From Podarcis cretensis (taxonomy: Eukaryota): DNA of 64,000 nt. Shown piece after piece: positions 51,631 through 64,000 of the stretch (position 1 is its first letter; the number at the start of each line of letters is the position of its first letter). Under the pieces are notes generated by a model, which was not told the DNA's origin, searched no databases, and saw only the letters and a list, made by a program, of their open reading frames with translations. The position numbers and the translations under genes were made by a program. The stretch is from NCBI GenBank assembly GCA_951804945.1, contig OX638159.1:24614001-24678000 (forward strand). The letters are read 5' to 3'.

Positions 51631-54223
51631 GCGAAGGTATTGTTACCCAATTCAAATGTGAATAATCACTTACCTGATTTGTCAGTCTGAACATTCTGAG
51701 ATCTGAGGAAGAATGCCATCCTAATACTTATAATGTGCTTGTGTTTAAGCAGGAGGATTTTCCCTTCTCTGTAAAGAAAACTCTCTTCCATGATATCTGA
51801 AAATAGAGAGCAGTTTGAAACTGAGGTGCTGCTGCTAGCATATGGACCTTAAAACACAGAATATGACTAATATATATTCTTTGTATGGGACAAGCCACAA
51901 GCAGAAGCTATTGCCGTTCTTTATCCATCTATATGATAATGGGCAATTAGTGTCAGTGGTGCTATTTTTTATGTCAGGATTTTATACTGTTTATTTTTTT
52001 GATGGAGGGAAGTGAAAGAGAGAGCAACATGCAAAAAATGCTACTGCATTCTAAATATCTAGTTAAGCAGACCTCTTATAGCCATAGCCAACAAAGTTTA
52101 TTAGATTCAAGACAAGACTCGCATATGCTTCAGAATTACAATTATGAAAAAATGCACATGGTACGAGCCGTGCCTGCATTTTGTAATGATGGATAAACAC
52201 CAGAGCACAGGAATTAATTTCAAAACATTTTGTCAGTCTTGAGTATTTCTTTGGTTGAAAGTGTCAGCCCCCCATATTCAGCATTGAAACAAATAGGAGA
52301 TGTCTGAGAAGCAAGTATCCTTACATCTGATGATCTGAACCAATCTTTGCTGGCCTGGAATCAATATGAATTCTTATTTGCTTGCTGCAGAGGTGCCTTG
52401 GCTGAGGAGCTACTTAACTGTCTCAAGCTTTGCCATGCCTTTTTAGAGCTTTACTGCCTATTATCTAACTCAGTAGCGTGCAAGTTTCCATGACACTCTA
52501 TGAACGTCACCTGACTGAATGTAAAGGTTAATTGTGGTTGAAGAATAGCAGTGTGTTTTCTTGTATGCAACCGAGAATGTAAGGAGGCAAAATGCATTAT
52601 TTGGGGTGGGGGGGAAACACTTGTGGTTCAGGAATTTTATTTTAGCTCTCTAGCCTATTCATTTTGAAGAAAAGACTGACTTATCCCTTCCTTACATTAT
52701 AGTCTCAGCTAGCTTTGAGTAGGTGTGTGTATTCTGAGCTTTCTACATGGAGTAGACGTGTAAGAAGTTAGTTGCCTAAACTAGTGACTTTTGGGACTCA
52801 TTTGCATACTGTTTAGGGGAATCTACAAGATTGGGGCTTAAATGACAAAACCAGGAAAATCTGTAGCCTCTGTGAATACTGTAGAGGAGCATACGGTTTG
52901 CATTCTAGCAAAATGTGAGGAAGGAGCTGTACAGCCTGCTTTTTTATCATCTTCTCAAACATGTTTGTAAAACTAATTTCTTCTTTCCTACACTGTTGCA
53001 CTTTTCAGTCTTGGTTTAGAGCAGGTAAATTAGTTTTGAACTGAAACATTCGTCTCATTCTGATAGCTGGCTATTTTTCTTATAGTATACCTTAAATGTA
53101 GTCTCTGAAAGTTAAAAATGCTTCCTTTGAATTCAGGTTGGGGTTTCTGAGGAGGAAATAATGACTTTTAGCTTTGATCTAGTAAACTAGGCTTTCTGTT
53201 TGCTAATCAATATATTCAAGTTTCAGATATGATTTAAATAGTCTGGGTTTTTGGCAAGAATTTAAAATTGCCTGATACTAATAAAATGAAATATAAAATG
53301 TATAAGCTCTTTAGCAAATAGCTTTAATTAGTAGCCATCCACTTTAGTACTTACACACACTTAATACAAATATCCAAATAAGGATGGGAATAAGTTGCCT
53401 CTTTCTTCTCAGCCTTGAGTAGCCACGTTGCCCCTTCTAAATATTGCTTTGATTAACTCATAATATGAGTGGTCCTGATCTTCTTTCTGAAATTTATCAT
53501 TCCTCCAACAAACCTGCTGTAAATCCCCATTGGCAAAATTTAAGGGAACACAGAGGGCAAATAGCTCCAGGGATTAGAATTTTCAGTGGGGTGAAATCAC
53601 AGGAAGAAAGGTTTAAAATTCCTTCTCTGTTATACGGCAGCACTGTCCAGTATCAGGGATCTTCATTGCTGCTTTTTGTCAAAGAAAAAGGCTCTCGGAA
53701 TTCCAGCCATGGTAATCCCTCATCTACTTTGCCTTAGTGGTTATGGCAGATATGAGTTCTGAAATAAAGTCCCTTTACTGGGTTTCAAGAGAAAACCATG
53801 TGGTGATGTGCACTGGCCAGAATTAGATTTAGCAGGCTTTTGTTCGTACACTAAACACAATTTCTCCTTTGTTAAAAACCTATTTTATGGTAGCTAAATG
53901 ATTGTAGGAGATGAATAGATTGCTCTGAATATATCCTTGGAGAAGACCCAATGATCATTGCTTTCCCCCCGCCTCACCGCCCTAAATTGGATGGAAGTAT
54001 CTAGTTGGCAGATTTCAGGTCCATCAGGTGCTTAAAATATGTGCCTCAGGTGAAAAGGGACATTATAGTTAAATATATCACGGTATCTTTATTACTATCT
54101 CTGCACTTTACAGTGGCTGCTGTCGAGGAATAGAAGCCATAGGTAGTGATAATGTGGTGTAAGAATAAGTACAGCATGGAAAGAATAGCTGGTAGAAGTC
54201 GGTGCTTGTCTCTGTGGAACTAT

Positions 54224-54378
54224 AAGGTAAAAGGGTAAAGGACCCCTGGATGGTTAAGTTGGCAGAAGCTGGGACAGAGTAATGGGATCTCACGCCACTG
54301 CATGGATTTGAACTGCTGACCTTCTGATCAGCAAGCCCAAGAGGCTCAGCGGTTTAGACCACAGCACCACCCGCGTCC
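54224..54378 (-). mobile_element. Sauria SINE with large internal deletion (head joined to tail)
   Basis: Both ends are present but about 200 nt of the core is missing. TSD ctgtggaa(c/g)tat at 54212-54223 and 54379-54390. Confidence 0.85.
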
Positions 54379-54521
54379 CTGTGGAAGTATTATGCTGCAG
54401 GTATACAGTGTGGTCTAGAACCACTATTTCACAAGACAGCTTGTGTTAACTTTATATTCCTGCTAACAGATGTCCACATTATGCGATACCTGTGAAAATA
54501 AAGCTTTCACTGATGATGATA

Positions 54522-55265
54522 TTACTACTACTACTAATTTATTCAAACCTTTCCCATCTGGCTGGGTTGCCCAAGCCATTCTTGGTGGTTTCCAGCAGAA
54601 TAAAACATCAAATATAAAAACCTTCCTGATACAGGACTGCCTTCAGATGTCTTCTAAAAGTTATGTAGTTATTTATCTCCTTGACATCTGATAGGAGGGT
54701 GTTCCACAGGGTGGCCACCACTACTGATAAGGCCCTCTGCCTGGCTGCCTGTAAGTTCACTTCTCACAGTGAGGGAACTGTCAGAAAGCCTTTGGAGCTG
54801 GACCTCAGTGTCTGGGCCGAATGATAGGGCTGGAGACACTCCTTCAGATATACAGGACTGAGGCCATTTAGGGCTTTAAAGGTCAGCACCAACATTTTGA
54901 ATTGTGCTCGGAAACGTACTAGGAGCCAGTGTAGATCATTTAGGACTGGTGTTATATGGTCCCGGTGGCTGCTCCCAGTCACCAGCCCAACTGTCACATT
55001 CTGGTTTAGTTGTAGTTTCCATGTCACCTTCAAAGGTAGCCCCACGTAGAGCGCATTGCAGTGGTCCAAGCAGGAAATAACCAGAGCATTCTGGCAAGAC
55101 AGTGTGCAAGCAGGTAGGGTGTCAGCCAGCACACCAGATGGAGCCGGTTGACAGCTGCCCTGGAAACACAATTGACCTCCATGGACATCTGTGAATCCAA
55201 AATGACTCTCAGGCTGCACACCTGGTCCTTCAAGGGCACAGTTACCCCATGGACCATCTCTAACC
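54522..55265 (-). mobile_element. L2-clade LINE 3' fragment
   Basis: ISCLDHCNALYVGLPLKVTWKLQLNQN...RDHITPVLNDLHWLLVRFRAQFKMLVLTFKALNGLSPVYL matches the L2 ORF2 C-terminus. Confidence 0.88.
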
Positions 55266-55537
55266 TTTGCAATGAATGTATGTTTGATTCATGTTCCAAG
55301 AGTGTTTTGCTGTAAAGATGCACTCCTGTGAGTAGAGAGTAGTAGGTAGAGAGGACTCAGTGGGACTAAATTGCCGCGTCTGGGCTGTGTGTGAAAGTTA
55401 CTCTCTCAGGTGATTGGCAAGCTTTCGTATGCAGTGCATACAACTCCCACCTGCAGTACGCAGCTAAGAGTTGGGCGAGAAATATATTGGCCCTACCTGG
55501 CACTAAGCTCCTGCACTTCTATTACAATGACAGTAAA

Positions 55538-55687
55538 GTTACAGATAGGTAGCCATGTTGGTCTGCCATAGTCAAAACAAAAAAAAGTGTATCTGAAGAA
55601 GTGTGCATGCACACGAAAGCTCATACCAAGAACTAACTTAGTTGGTCTTTAAGGTGCTACTGGAAGGAATTTTTTTATTTTGTTTTG
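55538..55687. mobile_element. Penelope-like retroelement terminal remnant with inverted segment
   Basis: Starts with gttacagataggtagccatgttggtctgccatagtc (reverse complement of the 3' tail seen in the 17.9-kb copy), followed by the forward hammerhead-containing segment. 14-bp TSD acaatgacagtaaa at 55524-55537 and 55688-55701. Confidence 0.85.
55589..55626 (+). ncRNA. Minimal type I hammerhead ribozyme motif (Penelope-associated)
   Basis: Reads GUAU [stem I] - CUGAAGA [core, 55593-55599] - extra A - GUGUGCAUGCACAC [palindromic stem II] - GAAA - GC - UC [predicted cleavage after C55622] - AUAC [stem I partner]. All conserved core nucleotides are present. Helix III is reduced to the palindrome AGCU. 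Confidence 0.8.
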
Positions 55688-56914
55688 ACAATGACAGTAA
55701 AAACAGCCTCACTACTGCTGCAGCTAATACTGCTTACCACTGCTGATAATAAAAGTGCATCAGTGAAAGTGCCTTGTACTACCTTTCTCATCTGGCTCTC
55801 ATTCCAAACTGTCAGGTGAGTGCTGATAATTCATAGTCTAGAATTCTTTTATCTGAGCAGCGGTATCTCTTCTATGCACTTTGGCAGTGGAGTTACATTG
55901 CTTTTCAAAAATATTTCAAAGGTATACTTTGCTTTCTTGGATCTTGACTAAACGTTGCCAGCAGCAAAGAGAAAGCAAAGATGAATGAGTGTTTGTAGGA
56001 AATAAATGTATGTGCCTGTAATGAGATTTGGTTGTGGTACAGAAATGATATCTCCCATTTGGTGTTTGTGCTGTATGAAAGTATGTATAGCATTTCTGTT
56101 CTTTTTTCATTAATAAAGAGAGAGATGAAACGGAGTTTCTCTCACAGTCTCCCTCCCCCCCCCCATATAGAATATATTGATCTGGAGGCAATTGTAGAGC
56201 AAAGGACACAGACAGAACTGTTAGGAGTCTTTCTCCGTGTTTGCAGTCATGGGATTGTTGTCTATCACATGGCGGTGTATGTTTTCATTCCACAGTGTGG
56301 GAAGTGATGGAGACAGGATGTTTATGTTACTGTGTTCTGTGAAGTGGGACTATTGTCCTTTGTTCTTTCTCTCTTTGCTGTCTGATGAGAAAGAGGAAGG
56401 AGCTTAGTCAGAATGCTCCAAGTGTATTATATGTAAATAAAGTAGATTAGCCAAAATGCTGTGCTACTGAGTTCTGTTACACAAACTGTGAATACTCTGT
56501 GGATCCCTAAGTGTGCTGATGCCTCTTGGTATCATGCCAGTCAGGCATGTGTCTCTGCCAGGATCCTACAGGAGAGTAGGACAATCCTAACAAGAACTGG
56601 TTGTGGCCCTTCAGTTAAAGGGCACTGAGTGCAAAGTTATGGCTTGAAATATTTCTTGAGCTATTTCCCATGCTTTTGACAAAGGAAATACTCCAAGGGT
56701 AGTATTCAACACTGCACTATTACAAAGGTTCCATCTATGCAGACATAACAGGATGCCTGATGGAACAATTCTCCCCTCCCTTGTGTGCTGTCCTGGGGGT
56801 TCTCATGGAACACAAAAATGGAGCCAATACAGGGGATGGGAAAGCCCCATTGCACAGGTGGAAGTCCTTGTGAAGGGCTTTTTCTGAGAGAGTGAATCCT
56901 GATCAAGATGTTAA

Positions 56915-57385
<471 letters not shown>

Positions 57386-60300
57386 TGAGTATATACTTGT
57401 AGATCTTGGGATCCCTAGATAAAATCACCAGGAGTATGGGAATAAAAATGAGATATAAAATATGTCTGCCTTTCCCCACATGAAACCGCATATCCAGCTG
57501 CATTCATGTGAAATAAAGCAACGCCATTGAGGTTATTCAAGAGAACTTCTCTTACTCCTACATACACACTGGTTCACAGGCATTTAAATAACAATATCAT
57601 TATTGCAATGTTTTTCATTTATGAGGTTCGCATTCAGGTTCAAAGAGGTGTCCCCAAACACTTGTTGATTCAATAGAATAGTAGCTACACTCATTTTGAT
57701 GGATTGATGTAGAGTGAACTCTATGCTTGTAACAGTGAAGAAATGTCAGTATGACTCCCCTTTGATGGTTCTTTACTTCATATTATTCTCTGTGAATGGA
57801 GCAGGAGATGCTGCTAAAAGTGCAGAGTACATTTGTAAACTTAAGTATTAATGTTCTTGTGAACGCAACCTCATTATGTTCATTTGAACTGCTTCTCAGT
57901 TTGGAGACGTGCAAAGTGTCATTGCAGAAAGTGTATAGTAACAGACTATCCACTCCAGATATGCAAAATTCTTTCATTTTTTCAAAGAAGCTGTGGCAAT
58001 GTCCTTGGCAACACAAAAATGGTTATCAGTGAAGAAATGTTCCAAATGCTATATCTGCAAATACTGCAGTCCAGCATTATTGAATATAGTAATGTCTAAG
58101 GATAAATGGCAGTCTTCACCAAGTCAAGGAGACTTTTTACTCAGAACAGCTGTTTCTTTGAGCATGTGGGGGGATGCAAAATGCATTGGGAGCAGGTTTT
58201 CAAGAAAATAGTTATGAAGGAATTCACACACCTGCATCCTTTAAACAAGCACACACTCCCTCACTATCAAGGCACTTTCCCCCACCCCAAGGAGATTTGA
58301 AGCCTGCTATGGCCTTTAGGTGATGCAGTGGGAGAAACAAATCCCAGAAAAAACATCAGCCTTTTAGCTGCATACGAAAGTAATGAAATGAGCTCTCCTT
58401 TAGCAAAGAGCTCCTTTCCTTTACCTTACACATCTAGAGTCCAATACTTTACAATTAGTTTCAGCATTGCAGTAGCCATTTTTTTCCAGGTGTTATTTCC
58501 TCAGTGAAACCACTATCTCGCTAAACTGGTAGCATCTATTCTTTTACTTTATGCCTTCAGTCTCATGTTTCTTAAAAATAAATAGGGAAATTCATTCTTC
58601 CTGAAATACATGAATGCTTCTTCTACTTAAGCAACCAGGCATCGCAGGAAAACGTACCTCTTTTTGTACTTTTGTGTGCTCGCCTCTCAATCTTACACTC
58701 TCTCCACGTGCCAAAGCGTAATGAAAATAAATTGGAACAGTAACAGTTGAATTGTTTCACTGCTTACTTTCGGAGATGTGTCATGTGAAAACATGTCAGA
58801 ACTAAACTCTGGTTCATATCCTGTTAGTAAATACGAAAGGAATCCCAGTCAAGTGGAGATGGTTGTGAAATGAATTAATTTACATCATATGGTACCGATC
58901 TCACTTATGCAAACATCCCCCTTGACTTTGGAGAGTTTGTGTCTCTAAAGGGATGCAGAACTATATCTCACTGCAGTGAGCAATAGGTTAGGTATTATTG
59001 TGAACTTTGCTGCTTGAAAGTTCTGACAAACAATTAAACTAGCCAAGGAAATTTAAAGTCAGGTATAACTGGGTGTGTGCAGCAACCAAAAGGCTCCTCT
59101 TGTATATGTAGCATCTGGAAGCAGCCTCATCTGTTTTAAGATCTGCTCTGTATTATTCTGATTTGATTCATTATTTGGGTCCAATTCTGATCTGTTAAAT
59201 TCAAAGCTCAGTTCTACATCTATTGACCATAATTAGAAATCTAAAGATGGATATAAGGTTTTACTCCCCTGCCTTTTCACTCAAGTGTTTGAAATTTGCA
59301 GGGAAATTTCTTGAGCAGGTTCAGTCTGCCAAATCCTTTAAGGGGTTTTAAAAATATTACTTGATGCTCCATCTCTGGGTGCAGATTTCTCTCTACCCTC
59401 ACAGAGGAAAATGTGTTCTGTCCTATGGGCTCTGGGACTCCCTCCCAAAAACCACAGGATTGCAGGGTGCATGTACAAACTGTTTAGTCAAAACCATTAT
59501 TTGATTTTTAATTTTTAATTTTTGTATTCTGTTTTCCAACAACAAAAGTTGAGCTAACAGTAGCTCGCACTAATAACAATTGCATCAAAAATTAGCAGAC
59601 ATTCCAATCTCTGTATGAATATTATAAACAAAGTAGCATGTAAAGTATGCAAAAAACGAAGCCATTCATTTAAACAATTAATGCAATTCAGTAAAAACTC
59701 AACTGCTTCAAAATATCAGGAATAGCTGTTGAGCACCAGCCCTGTCCCAGTTGACGTCCTCTCTCTGGGAAAGGGTTTCTTTACCCGGTGTGGCAGCAGT
59801 GCACTCCCAGGCAGCAGCAAGACCTTTCATAGGGAAGTAGGATAAAAAAAAATCTCATTGTGGTTTTGCTACGTACTAACTTGCTTATTAGAAAATACAG
59901 AATCCGTTGAACTATATAAGCAGCACTTCACTGCCGTTTGAATTAATAGTAAAAATGCACCCTAGCGCTTGTAACACCTTTTTTCCTAATTTGTGGTTAA
60001 ATTCAATATTTTTCTTTTTAAAAAAGTCACTGTGTTTTCTATAACATTCATTTAGCAGACTCATTTAACTGTCAATGGTTCCCATTAACGTAATTGTTTC
60101 ATAGTACTTTGAAATATCAAGAGTTTTATGCTCTTCATCTAAGCTGCAGTTACTTTTTTTAATGAAAGGTGAAATAGCACAAAATTAGGAATGCAATGAT
60201 ATATTTTTAGCAGCAGCATTTTGGCATTCCAATTGATGAGATTAAATTTTTAGCCATATCTCAGAGTCTTAAAGTCTTAAAAAAAGTTTTCCCTGCACCG

Positions 60301-60906
60301 CAAAATATCACTGGATCACATCTTCTACAGCATAACTCTGTACTTCTTGTATATGACTGAACTACATCTTTGTAGTATGAACTATTCAGTGGTTTCCACT
60401 AAACATTTCCCAAAAGAACAGATTTTTAAAGGATTAAACAAACATTAGGTTATTTCTTGCAAATAAATTTGAACTTGTACCTATCATTGGAAACTTACTG
60501 ACTGTTAAATTCACTGCATTATCTAACAGTTAAATGTCAAAAACCTCAAGGAAGGTTGTACATTTATTTGAATGTACAAGATTATGAATCGGTTCATACT
60601 TTTTTGAGTTACTGCCATGTCTTTTTAAGACACAGAACTCTTTGGTAAGCAGTTGTTTGTTTCAGAGGTTATAGGCTCTTAATTTGGTTCTAGAGTGCCA
60701 ACTTGTTGAACTAAACACAAAACTAAGAGGCTGGATGAGGTTCCATCAATTCTATTTGGGTTACTGGTGTGTGCATAATATTAAACAATGATGTTCCATT
60801 TTTGTGTCATTGACTGTTGCTGTTGCATCCTTGGGATACATGTTTCTTCCTTTGATCAGTGATAGCACTGGGCATATTCCTAGTCAAACAGTCCTAGAAA
60901 GCCATC

Positions 60907-61065
60907 CAGGCCCATGTAGCGCTTGTTCGAGGCCCGGAGCAGGAGTCTTGTTAGAATAAAGTTATAAACTCAAACACAAAATCAGCCATCCCTGGTGGGG
61001 AGGCCCCAGCCAGCTTAGCCCACTGATGCCTGGGACAGCTGCCCCCCCCACTATGCATGGGCCTG
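60907..61065. mobile_element. Possible old hAT-like MITE
   Basis: 10-bp inverted termini caggcccatg and catgggcctg. The flanking 8-mers match at only 5/8. Confidence 0.35.
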
Positions 61066-62654
61066 AGCCCATGGATTAGGAAACTGCAAAATGTCATCTA
61101 ATTAGCAGGTGCTCCTCTGCGAGTCATACTGCATATGACAAGTCAAAAGTGAAAACAGAATCCTCTCCTTCCACTTCCATCTTACTGAAACATAAACACA
61201 CTGTTATGGCTAGCACTTTCTTCTTCCCTACCTGCGATACCGTAAGTGATAGGTGAAAGATACTTGAAGCATGGGAAGGTGCTCAATAAACTCTGCTACC
61301 CCCCACTGTATAAATGAACGAGACAGACGTATGGCTGTTGCATCCGCATCTAATTTGACCCTGAGTCATGTGTGTTAACAATTTATTTCTTGGCTGTCAT
61401 CCAAGTAAAGGAACCTCAAATGCAACTGGACCTATTCTGTTGTTATCTTTCGGGATAATATAAATTTCCTCTGGATTTGTGGAACACTTTCCCCCTCCGG
61501 GGGCCTCATACCACTGTGATCTGAGAGAACTGTGTTTACCATTTTATTCACATATAGGAACATCTGAATTGACCTTTAGGAATGAAAACTAACTAAGGAA
61601 ATTTATTTAGATTCAGAGCTTTTTAATGTCCCAGTAATACTTCAGGGTATTGTTTTTATTGCTAGATGCCCTTTTAACTTTTCAGTGGAGATCTGATCAG
61701 CATAAACAGGGATGCTGCCCTGACAGCTGTTGAGCTGCTCAAGTGACTCAAGGAATCCTGACTTTGATAGTTGGTTCACCCAAATTGCTTTCGACATTCT
61801 GAGTGAAATCAGAGTAATTGGAAGAGTTTGATAGATGTGTTTTTATTTTATTATTGGTATTTTTTGTTCATGAGACATTAAACAGACAGACAAGGTAACC
61901 TTTAAAAGGGAATTTTGCTTAATCTAGTGTGCAGATTAAAGGACTGGTTGCTATTAGAAGAATTAAGTGCTAGTCTTGTAAAAGAAAAGCTGGAACAATC
62001 ACCACTGTCTAATAGATTTTGATGTCGGTAGTGTTCTTAAAACCCTCAAAGGGAGTGTTAAAAGCTGTTGCATAATTTGGGACTGAATAAATATCTGCGT
62101 AAGAGAGTGGAGATATGAACCAAAGCAGTGCTAGCATTTGTTTTTGCAGGTCCTCTCCCCCCACCAACCCACCCCCAAGCCTGTCAGATAACTAATTGAA
62201 AAGAGATTATTTGGATTCCTGCTGTTAAAAATTCAAGTGTTATTAACGCAATGGAACAGGGTGTATAGAAAGGAGATGGGCTGTGCTTGTAATGTGCATC
62301 TTTGAGAATTGTCTCATATGTATATTGTAAGAGGTCTTGGCATTTGTGGCTGAATGAATGCATGGTTTTCTTTCCACGGTTAATAAACAAGACAAAGGGG
62401 AAAGAGTTTTTTATTCCTCTTCCTGAACGTTAGATTTAAGTTGTGAGAACCAACAAATGCAACAGGAGTTTTGAGGCGAGATATAAAGATGTGCCTATTT
62501 TAGATATACCGGTAAGAAAATCAATCAGCCAAGTTTCATCCAAAGTGGGGTGATAGGCACATATATGAACATATGCTAAACTAAGCTTACTGGTGCATGT
62601 TCTGTGAAAACATGTAAACCTCCTTCCTTATTGATTAGATGTATATTAATTAGA

Positions 62655-62992
62655 GGGACGCAGGTGGCGCTGTGGGTTAAACCACAGAGCCTAGGACTTG
62701 CCGATCAGAAGATCGGCGGTTTGAATCCCCACGACAGGGTGAGCTCCCGTTGCTCGGTCCCTGCTCCTGCCAACCTAGCAGTTCCAAAGCACGTCAAAGT
62801 GCAAGTAGATAAATAGGTACCGCTCCAGCGGGAAGGTAAATGACGTTCCTGTGTGCTGCTCTGGTTCACCAGAAGTGGCTTAGTCATGCTGGCCATATGA
62901 CATCGGCTCCCTTGGACAATAAAGTGAGATGAGCACCGCAACCCCAGAGTCGGCCACGACTGGACCTAATGGTCAGGGGTCCCTTTACCTTT
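62655..62992 (+). mobile_element. Sauria SINE, nearly full length
   Basis: 12-bp TSD tatattaattag at 62642-62653 and 62993-63004. Confidence 0.93.
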
Positions 62993-64000
62993 TATATTAA
63001 TTAGTGTATGTGCTGGATTTCATTTTGTAATCAGCCTAGCTAAATACATACTACAAATTAGTTATGATGTTTTATCATTTCATAGCTAGAACTGGTTAGT
63101 ATTACTGTACTGTTGGGAGTCCTTTGCTTTATCATAATAGAATTGGCAGGATATGAAATGTGAGTACAGGTATTGTACTATATACCCTGAAAGAATTTAG
63201 TGAGGACTTGCCAAACCAGACATTCTTTTAATGAAACCAGTTTTGGGAAATGATAGTGCTGTTACACTCTTGTTGTGGAGATGAGAAGTGTTCTCGCTAG
63301 GTAATTCAGTTTCTGAGATAACACACTAATTGAATGAACTGCTGCAGTGCTTGTATACATTGTGTAATATGGAATAGATGCCGGCTGAAATGATATCAAC
63401 AATATGCATAAAGTAATTTGTTCCAGACCTACACCCATGACCAATCCACTGGAATCACTTAAAAATAACCCATGCAATTTTGCTCTGATTGGTGTCCCTG
63501 ACCTGGACCAAGAAAATGAGTTGTTTTTGTGCAATGCAGAACAGGAAAGCTCTCTTTCTCCCAACCCATCCCATCCTTTAGCCTAGCTCCTACCCCTTAG
63601 CCTGACTGTTTCTCCCCTCACTCCTAGCCTTGCTTTCTTTCCCTTCAGCCTCTCCCCTTCTGCTCTCTCCAAGGACCCAACCTTGCTGTTTCTCTCTTCC
63701 TCCTCTACCACCACTTAAACACTGAGGGTTGGACCCAACCAAATTATTGTATGCATGCAATGACGTCCCTGAGCACAATGGTATTCTCCCCTCTTATCTC
63801 CCAGCACTCCCCCAAAACTTTCTCCCAAGACTCCTGAGCACATTTGAGTGTAGTGAAGGGACTGGTGGGGGACTGGAGTGATATAACTACCATTGTGCTC
63901 CTGAGAGTTGTTCCATATGCACAGTGACTTAGCTGGATCCACACCACAGTCAGTTTGCCTGTGCTCTGCCATTTGTTCTATCTTTTGTGACTTCTGGCTC

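Overview
This is vertebrate genomic DNA from a squamate reptile, most likely a lacertid lizard judging from its Sauria SINE, CR1, BovB and Penelope repeats (an inference). The whole window appears to lie inside the ephrin-A5 gene (EFNA5, + strand). The only host coding sequence is one 293-bp exon at 56989-57281, which encodes most of the ephrin receptor-binding domain. Everything upstream is the very long first intron and everything downstream is the next intron. The introns hold seven Sauria SINEs, two young CR1 LINE 3' fragments, older L2 and RTE/BovB remnants, many non-autonomous DNA transposons (Tc1/mariner-, Tc2/pogo-, hAT- and Harbinger-like, several nested), two Penelope-like remnants, microsatellites and a 156-N assembly gap. 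The most notable signal is an intact minimal type I hammerhead ribozyme motif at 55589-55626, in the sense orientation of the EFNA5 pre-mRNA about 1.37 kb upstream of the exon and carried by a Penelope remnant. A second, antisense and broken copy sits in a 76-bp-arm hairpin at about 17.8 kb. Also notable is a Tc2-like MITE family whose two copies carry different cargo and different numbers of an internal ~154-bp tandem repeat. Penelope-borne hammerheads are a known class, so any novelty is locus-specific. Repeat family names come from motif recognition, not database searches. I found no wholly new system that I can support from sequence alone.
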